Virus record (IMG/VR): IMGVR_UViG_2681813320_000022
Source: a virus
Taxonomy: Duplodnaviria > Heunggongvirae > Uroviricota > Caudoviricetes
DNA: 4,346 bases
Strand: one strand, 5' to 3'
The position numbers were made by a program, and so were the translations under genes. The notes below the pieces were generated by a model that was not told the DNA's origin, did no database searches, and saw only the letters and a list, made by a program, of their open reading frames with translations. Below are positions 1 through 4,252 of the stretch, in pieces (within the stretch, counting starts at the first letter, position 1; the number at the start of each line of letters is the position of its first letter).

Positions 1-103
1 GAGTTGATGGCTCATGATGTCCCTCTGGGATGCGCTCCGGATGAATATGATGATCTCATATCAGGAACTTGTTCGCACCTTCCTTAGTTAGTGTGGCTTT
101 TAG

Positions 104-355
104 TCAAGTAAGATGACGTCTTGGTCTCGCTGATGCCTGGCGCTCAATCCAGCGATCAATTTCTTCCAGGTTGTAAAAGCATGGACTGTTATCCCATGGC
201 ATACCGTCATGAGCGACATGCTTATATTCCCTTCCTTCCATAAACGATTTTTCCCGGGCCTTTTTTAACGTACCTTTTTTTATTCCTTTCAGCGCAATTA
301 ACTGCTCTTCGGATACCCATTTGCCGGGAGAGACAATCATGATTACTTCGCTCAT
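104..355 (-). CDS. xis: Excisionase-like small DNA-binding protein (Xis / recombination directionality factor family)
   Basis: 83-codon ORF ending in TGA. From the sixth residue (MIVSPGKWVSEEQL...) the protein aligns by eye with lambda Xis: Trp at position 8, basic helix region, and a GREY motif (MEGREYKHVA versus lambda KDGREYLFHE). It lies directly downstream of the exonuclease gene on the same strand and upstream of a probable int start, the canonical exo-xis-int order. The true start may be the internal ATG at 340..338; both candidate starts have weak purine-rich SD. Confidence 0.6.
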   Translation of the reverse strand: MSEVIMIVSPGKWVSEEQLIALKGIKKGTLKKAREKSFMEGREYKHVAHDGMPWDNSPCFYNLEEIDRWIERQASARPRRHLT

Positions 356-384
356 CGATTTCTTTATCTCTTACATCAGACGAG

Positions 385-416
385 CGCCGGTTGCAGAATA
401 CCAGTCACAACCGGCG
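385..416 (-). repeat. GC-rich inverted repeat (9-bp arms CGCCGGTTG / CAACCGGCG, 14-nt spacer) in the exo-xis intergenic region
   Basis: Arms at 385..393 and 408..416 are exact reverse complements. It sits 12 nt downstream of the exo stop and about 30 nt upstream of the xis start. No U-tract follows on the minus-strand transcript, so it is not a canonical intrinsic terminator. Confidence 0.45.
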
Positions 417-427
417 ACAGTTGAACA

Positions 428-2461
428 TTAAGAATCAGCCTGACTCGGGATCAGTTTTTGCCAGATAACTGAAACGTATTTTGCCTGGTAACGGGCGTCA
501 TCAAGTGCATTATGGCGCTCACCTTCGAATGGAATAGCCGTTCTGGCATCGAAGTCTATGGCTTTCCCCAGCTCAACGATTGTGCGTACATCGCGATCGT
601 TGTAGTAACGCCACGGGCAGGGGATCCCCTGCCGTTCGTATGAACGGCGCAAAATCGTGTTGTCGAAGTTGGCTCCATTTCCCCAAACCTGAACAAAAAA
701 TTCACCGGAGTTTTCGTCGATAAATTCTCGCAATTGTAACAGTGCATCATCTAACGGGATTTCATCGGTCATAATGGCAGATTGCGCTTCGCGTGATTGC
801 TTAAGCCACCATTTAATGGTGTCCCGATCAATGACTCCGCCAGCAGTTTCCAGATCGATAGTCTTACTAAATTCCGGTCCCATATCTCCGGTTTGCGGAT
901 CGAAAAATATTGCACCTATTGAGATGATCGGGGCATCAGGATTTTTTCCCATGGTTTCAAGGTCGATCATTAGATGGTCACACGTCCTGCTGGTGGATGT
1001 GATTTCGTGATGACTGTTCACCTTAATTGGGTGATCTGCCGTCTCGCCAGTTTCATTATCGCTATTGTGATGCTGATTGCCGCCAGTGTTCTCCTTGTGT
1101 GGATGTTCAGCGCCTTCCATTTCCTCCGGATCATCTTCCTGAACTTCAACCTGATACTCTTCATCGAATGTTTCTTGGTATGTTGCGTCGCCCATCACCG
1201 CGCCACAATCAGGGCAGTTGCCGCCGCCGGTCTGACCGCAGGCGGTGCAGACTTTTTCCACTTCCTGTTGCGCTACTGGTTCAGGCTGTTTCGTTTCTGG
1301 CTCGTTTTGTAACGCATTTGGACTGTTTTGTTCCGCTTTTTGGTAGTTCCGTTCCGATTCATGCTGGTTCTGGTTCACAGAATCGCGGGTCTGGAGCCCC
1401 TTAACCCATTTCGGATCATTCGGGTCACTAATCCCTTCAACAAATTCACCACGTGATGCAGCAAGCAACTTATCGGCGTCAGGCTGGCTGATATTGGCTG
1501 CCTGCATAATTTTGTTTACTTCGTCAGCGGTAACTTTTATCGGCTCTGGTTGTTCTGAATCTTCAGCGGTATCTACATTTTGCGGTAAGCCCGTGTATGT
1601 GCCATTTTTTCGGGCAAAATATTCTTCTTTTGTGATTTCAGTGGCGCCAGCAGCCAGTGCCTTATCCAGACCAGAGAGTTTGTTTGCGCGACCGTATTTT
1701 TCTCCGTCCTTATCTGCGAAGAGGAAATAGAACGGCCCCTCACGCTCTACAGATGGTTCAGCTTCCGGCGCGGTTTCATTTTTTGGGATATCAGATACCT
1801 CAGTTTCCACTGCATCAGTTTGTGTTTCTGATGACTGGAGAACATCAACAGTGCCCAGGTCTGTTTCTTCATTCTCAAACACGCCCTTTGTCGTCAGGTA
1901 TTCGCAGATATATTTGTTCAGTGCTACGGGATCTTTGTGAATGTCGATCGGACGCTCACGGACAAGGCCAAAAATAGTTTGGCGGTCGTAGCGAAGGGCA
2001 TCAGGCTGTTTGCGCATTGATGCCGAGATACGCTTCCAGTCTTCGCGGTCGTTGTCGATAACTTCTTTTTTTGCCCAGCGATGGATGCTGCCGTCAATGT
2101 TTCCGGCATCCACATCACTAGGCCAGAGAGCGTAGGCCAGTTCGTCATCCAGTGTTTTCCATGTCTGCTTGTATTCGCGATGAATGGCAGCAATGACCGG
2201 GCTGATTTTTCCTGTTGAATTTTCAGTGTACTGTTGATTGGCTCTGGCGCGGGCGAGATCAACAACAGACGTGTATTTTCCGGTTTCCTTGCGTTCACCT
2301 TCGCGACGTTTTTTCCAGATGCGCATCTCTGCCTGAATTTCGGGCCATTTAGCACCAGGAATACATTTATGCTTAACCCACCCAATGGCGTGCAACTTAA
2401 GCTCCGGATACGGGTTATTCCCCTCTGAACAGGCGCGTAAGGACTGGCAAAACGCCCGCAA
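428..2461 (-). CDS. Prophage exonuclease: C-terminal DnaQ-like DEDDh 3'-5' exonuclease domain, central CxxC-x7-CxxC zinc ribbon, acidic/His-rich linker, N-terminal domain of unknown function
   Basis: Uninterrupted 677-codon frame ending in TAA at 430..428. All DEDDh motifs are present in order: Exo I MIDLET (D500/E502, nt 956..964), Exo II VWGNGANFD (D600, nt 662..664), Exo III HNALDD (H650 nt 512..514, D655 nt 497..499). Zinc ribbon CTACGQTGGGNCPDCG at nt 1205..1249. The annotated start at 2461 is TTG; the real start may be internal (TTG at 2395 with GGAG SD, or ATG at 2326), so the 5' end is uncertain. Confidence 0.8.
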   Translation of the reverse strand: MRAFCQSLRACSEGNNPYPELKLHAIGWVKHKCIPGAKWPEIQAEMRIWKKRREGERKETGKYTSVVDLARARANQQYTENSTGKISPVIAAIHREYKQTWKTLDDELAYALWPSDVDAGNIDGSIHRWAKKEVIDNDREDWKRISASMRKQPDALRYDRQTIFGLVRERPIDIHKDPVALNKYICEYLTTKGVFENEETDLGTVDVLQSSETQTDAVETEVSDIPKNETAPEAEPSVEREGPFYFLFADKDGEKYGRANKLSGLDKALAAGATEITKEEYFARKNGTYTGLPQNVDTAEDSEQPEPIKVTADEVNKIMQAANISQPDADKLLAASRGEFVEGISDPNDPKWVKGLQTRDSVNQNQHESERNYQKAEQNSPNALQNEPETKQPEPVAQQEVEKVCTACGQTGGGNCPDCGAVMGDATYQETFDEEYQVEVQEDDPEEMEGAEHPHKENTGGNQHHNSDNETGETADHPIKVNSHHEITSTSRTCDHLMIDLETMGKNPDAPIISIGAIFFDPQTGDMGPEFSKTIDLETAGGVIDRDTIKWWLKQSREAQSAIMTDEIPLDDALLQLREFIDENSGEFFVQVWGNGANFDNTILRRSYERQGIPCPWRYYNDRDVRTIVELGKAIDFDARTAIPFEGERHNALDDARYQAKYVSVIWQKLIPSQADS

Positions 2462-2480
2462 AAAACTCTCGAGGGCAAAG

Positions 2481-2651
2481 GTGAAGAAACCTGCTGTGGT
2501 TGATCCGGACCTTATCTGGTCATCACCTGACGGAGAAATACGTCGCTACGACAGTCGCCTAAACATAATCTGTCGCGAGTGCCGGAAGAGCGAAGTTATG
2601 CAGCGCATACTGGCTTTCTATCAGGGTAATTTTCAGGACGTGGCGCAGTGA
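2481..2651 (+). CDS. Small hypothetical protein (57 aa from GTG; frame is open back to ATG 2385, which would give 88 aa)
   Basis: GTG at 2481 is preceded by GAGGG (2471..2475) with a 5-nt spacer. The TGA stop (2649..2651) overlaps the GTG start of the next ORF (GTGA at 2648..2651), a translational-coupling arrangement. The ATG at 2385 lacks an SD and would overlap the 5' end of the exo frame on the opposite strand. Confidence 0.4.
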   Translation: MKKPAVVDPDLIWSSPDGEIRRYDSRLNIICRECRKSEVMQRILAFYQGNFQDVAQ

Positions 2652-3004
2652 GTGCACCGGCAACCATTCTTGATATGTGCTGTGGCAGCCGCATGTTCTG
2701 GTTCGATAAGTCTGACGAACGGGCGATATTCAGCGATATCAGAAAAGAAGGATACACATTACGCAATGGGAGACGCTTGATTATCAGCCCTGACATTATC
2801 GCAGATTTTCGTGCATTATCATTTGCAGACGCATCTTTTTCGATGGTTGTATTAGACCCTCCGCATCTTGAGAGTGTTGGTGATAACGCCTGGATGGGAA
2901 AGAAATATGGACGGCTGAATAAAGATGCCTGGCGTGATGATTCGCGACAGAGATTTAAAGAAGCCTTTCGGGTGTTGAGGCCGCACGGCGTTCTGATTTT
3001 TTAA
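2648..3004 (+). CDS. SAM-dependent DNA methyltransferase-like protein (motif I then motif IV, gamma-like order), short and probably truncated or interrupted
   Basis: 118-codon ORF with motif I-like ILDMCCGS (nt about 2669..2692), catalytic motif IV DPPH (nt 2855..2866) about 60 aa later, and a RVLRPHGVLIF strand typical of the Rossmann methyltransferase fold. It stops at TAA 3002..3004, after which the same frame is open for 29 more codons to TAA 3092..3094. No C-terminal target-recognition region is present. Confidence 0.55.
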   Translation: MSAPATILDMCCGSRMFWFDKSDERAIFSDIRKEGYTLRNGRRLIISPDIIADFRALSFADASFSMVVLDPPHLESVGDNAWMGKKYGRLNKDAWRDDSRQRFKEAFRVLRPHGVLIF

Positions 3005-3237
3005 TGGAATGAAACGCAAATACCGGTAAGCCAGATTCTGGCACTGACAGACAGAAAACCTGTTATCTGTCAACGAACAGGGAAAAAACGATAAAACCCA
3101 CTGGATTATTTTTATGAAAGAGGCATCCAGTGAGTAGATTCGTAAGGCTACAGATACGTATATCTGAATAATTAAATTCAGTTCTGTAAATAAAATTTAA
3201 TCCTTAACCGGATGGATTTCTGCACCCTCAGAACATC

Positions 3238-3266
3238 AGGAGGCCGCCCGAAAGGGCGGTAGTGAA
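3238..3266 (+). promoter_or_regulatory. Structured ribosome-binding site: AGGAGG, then a 6-bp GC stem with GAAA tetraloop, then 7 nt to the ATG
   Basis: AGGAGG at 3238..3243; stem CCGCCC (3244..3249) / GGGCGG (3254..3259) with GAAA loop (3250..3253); ATG at 3267. Linear SD-to-ATG spacing is 23 nt; with the hairpin folded it is about 7 nt. Confidence 0.45.
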
Positions 3267-3377
3267 ATGCGAAAGTTCAAAATTATTATTGAAACGGGAA
3301 TAGCTGGTGGAGATTTTGAGGATGTATTCGAAGTGGACGATGACGCAACACCTGAGGAAATTCATGACGGAGCATAA
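3267..3377 (+). CDS. Small acidic protein, 36 aa (MRKFKIIIETGIAGGDFEDVFEVDDDATPEEIHDGA)
   Basis: ATG start served by the structured RBS above; TAA at 3375..3377. Eleven of 36 residues are Asp/Glu. The frame stays open for 23 further codons after the TAA, up to TGA 3447..3449. Confidence 0.4.
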   Translation: MRKFKIIIETGIAGGDFEDVFEVDDDATPEEIHDGA

Positions 3378-3441
3378 GAAATTTTCTTTAACTACTGCAA
3401 TTACTCATACCACGAAATAAAAGACGATGAGGAAGAACAAA

Positions 3442-3618
3442 GTGGCTGATTTTTGTTCAGCTAAATATAACATCAGTTTTGAAGAGCGGGATGAACTATT
3501 AATGGACTATGGTGAGTTACGCGGTGGAAGTGCTGCTGATGTCGAATCCTAGCGTGATGACTATGAAGCGGGAAAAACTCCGGTCGAAGCATATTGTGAT
3601 GAGTGGGGCGATGAATGA
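3442..3618 (+). pseudogene. Small acidic ORF with an in-frame TAG at 3550..3552: 36 codons from GTG 3442 (41 from ATG 3427), then 22 open codons to a TGA that overlaps the next start
   Basis: GTG 3442 is preceded by GAGGAAG with a 6-nt spacer. After the TAG the frame has no stop and no internal start for 22 codons and ends in an ATGA overlap with the ATG at 3615. This is either a nonsense-interrupted gene or a 36-41 aa gene followed by a chance open frame. Confidence 0.3.
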
Positions 3619-3902
3619 GCGAGATTAATTATCAGGAAGGGCATGAAACGGCGGGGCAAGCAAAACCAGTGGCATGGCGATATCGCTACGTGAAAAAAGG
3701 CGTTACGGACTTTCAGGGGAAGTAGTGGTCTGGTGACTGGAAATATGTACCGAAAAAAGAGGATTGTAACGACAGGCCGAACTATCAAATTCAGGCCTTA
3801 TTCACTGCCTCACCAGTCCCAGTTACATCAGAAGAACTGGTTAAAGCTGTGCACTTTTATGAACAACTAAAACGCGAAAATCCACCAACATCCGGCAACT
3901 AG
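3615..3902 (+). pseudogene. Hypothetical protein gene with an in-frame amber at 3723..3725 (36 codons, TAG, then 58 open codons to TAG 3900..3902)
   Basis: ATG 3615 overlaps the upstream TGA (ATGA). The 58 codons after the TAG have no in-frame ATG, GTG or TTG. They read as ordinary mixed protein (WSGDWKYVPKKEDCNDRPNYQIQALF...), whereas the alternative frame ORF at 3745..3870 is Lys/Arg-rich as expected for an out-of-frame read. Confidence 0.4.
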
Positions 3903-4145
3903 ATTAATGGATTAACTATGTCGGTTAAACGACCAGCCAACTGAAAAAGCGGAAACCTGATTACAGGTTGCCAGATAAGGCAATGAGCTACCTGGCGCGG
4001 AACGGACTGATAAGTATGGGGAATGTTTTACGATGAACCTTTAGACTAAAGAGTTTGTAACGCTATGTAAGTGATTTTTTCTGGTTTAGATATTTATATG
4101 TCCGGCCAAATTGAGGTGTGTTTAAATGTAATTGCACATTGATTG

Positions 4146-4152
4146 TAGGAGG
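4146..4152 (+). promoter_or_regulatory. Strong Shine-Dalgarno (TAGGAGG) for the ORF starting at 4157
   Basis: TAGGAGG at 4146..4152, 4-nt spacer, ATG at 4157..4159. Confidence 0.5.
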
Positions 4153-4156
4153 AATA

Positions 4157-4252
4157 ATGAAAAACGCATTGCAGTTTTTGTTTGTTGCGTTCTGGTTGTT
4201 CGCATCATGTATGCCCATCATCTTCACAGCGGTAATGACTCCAACTTATTGA
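4157..4252 (+). pseudogene. 5' fragment of a gene encoding a protein with a hydrophobic N-terminus (MKNALQFLFVAFWLFASCMPIIFTA), disrupted by IS1 insertion
   Basis: Strong SD plus ATG. The first 24-25 codons (4157..4230) are host or prophage sequence; from 4231 the frame continues into the IS1 terminal inverted repeat and stops at TGA 4250..4252 inside IS1, so the native 3' portion is displaced. Confidence 0.45.

Noticed and set aside
556-750. Minus-strand 64-aa ORF inside the nuclease domain region
   Set aside because: Alternative frame within the well-supported DEDDh domain coding sequence.
774-1977. Plus-strand ORFs 774..1010, 974..1312, 1027..1404, 1494..1730 and 1657..1977 from the six-frame track
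   Set aside because: All lie antisense within the long exonuclease frame. Their translations are low-complexity (Arg/Cys/Leu-rich), typical of out-of-frame or antisense reads of a real gene, and none has a convincing RBS.
2234-2428. Plus-strand 64-aa ORF antisense to the 5' part of exo
   Set aside because: No RBS and an implausible sequence; superseded by the exo frame and by the GTG 2481 start model for the downstream small ORF.
428-2461. Calling the exonuclease lambda Exo or RecE (exodeoxyribonuclease VIII)
   Set aside because: The motifs visible are DEDDh (3'-5' DnaQ-like), not the PD-(D/E)XK signature of lambda Exo or the RecE catalytic domain. Without a database search, no gene symbol is assigned.
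1924-2478. Minus-strand 184-aa ORF in an alternative frame to exo
   Set aside because: Overlaps the exonuclease gene on the same strand in another frame; no motifs, and the composition looks like a shifted-frame artefact.
3046-3071. Imperfect inverted repeat GACAGACAG...CTGTTATCTGTC downstream of the methyltransferase ORF, considered as a terminator or LexA-like box
   Set aside because: The stem is interrupted, no U-tract follows on either strand, and the CTGT/ACAG spacing does not fit the LexA CTGT-N8-ACAG consensus.
2596-3073. Minus-strand ORFs 2596..2796 and 2852..3073
   Set aside because: Antisense to the methyltransferase-like ORF, whose motifs (DPPH, motif I) clearly define the plus strand as coding.
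3164-3181. Dyad CTGAAT-AATTAA-ATTCAG as a candidate operator
   Set aside because: Only 6-bp arms with a non-palindromic centre; such repeats occur by chance about once per few kb in AT-rich DNA, so it is not reportable as a site on sequence alone.
3561-3788. Minus-strand 75-aa ORF
   Set aside because: Antisense to the plus-strand small-ORF cluster, which has the RBS and overlap signals; the translation is Pro/Phe/Arg-rich low-complexity.
3745-3870. Plus-strand frame-shifted 41-codon ORF (MYRKKRIVTTGR...)
   Set aside because: Strongly basic, low-complexity product of the kind expected from reading an acidic coding frame out of register; the in-register frame (after the TAG) is more protein-like.
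3267-3902. Stop-codon reassignment (alternative genetic code) as the explanation for in-frame TAA/TAG
   Set aside because: The long exonuclease and xis genes, and the IS1 transposase, are read with standard stops and contain no internal TAG/TAA/TGA. Pseudogene decay in an IS-bearing prophage, or chance open frames, are more parsimonious. Kept only as a low-probability alternative inside the findings.
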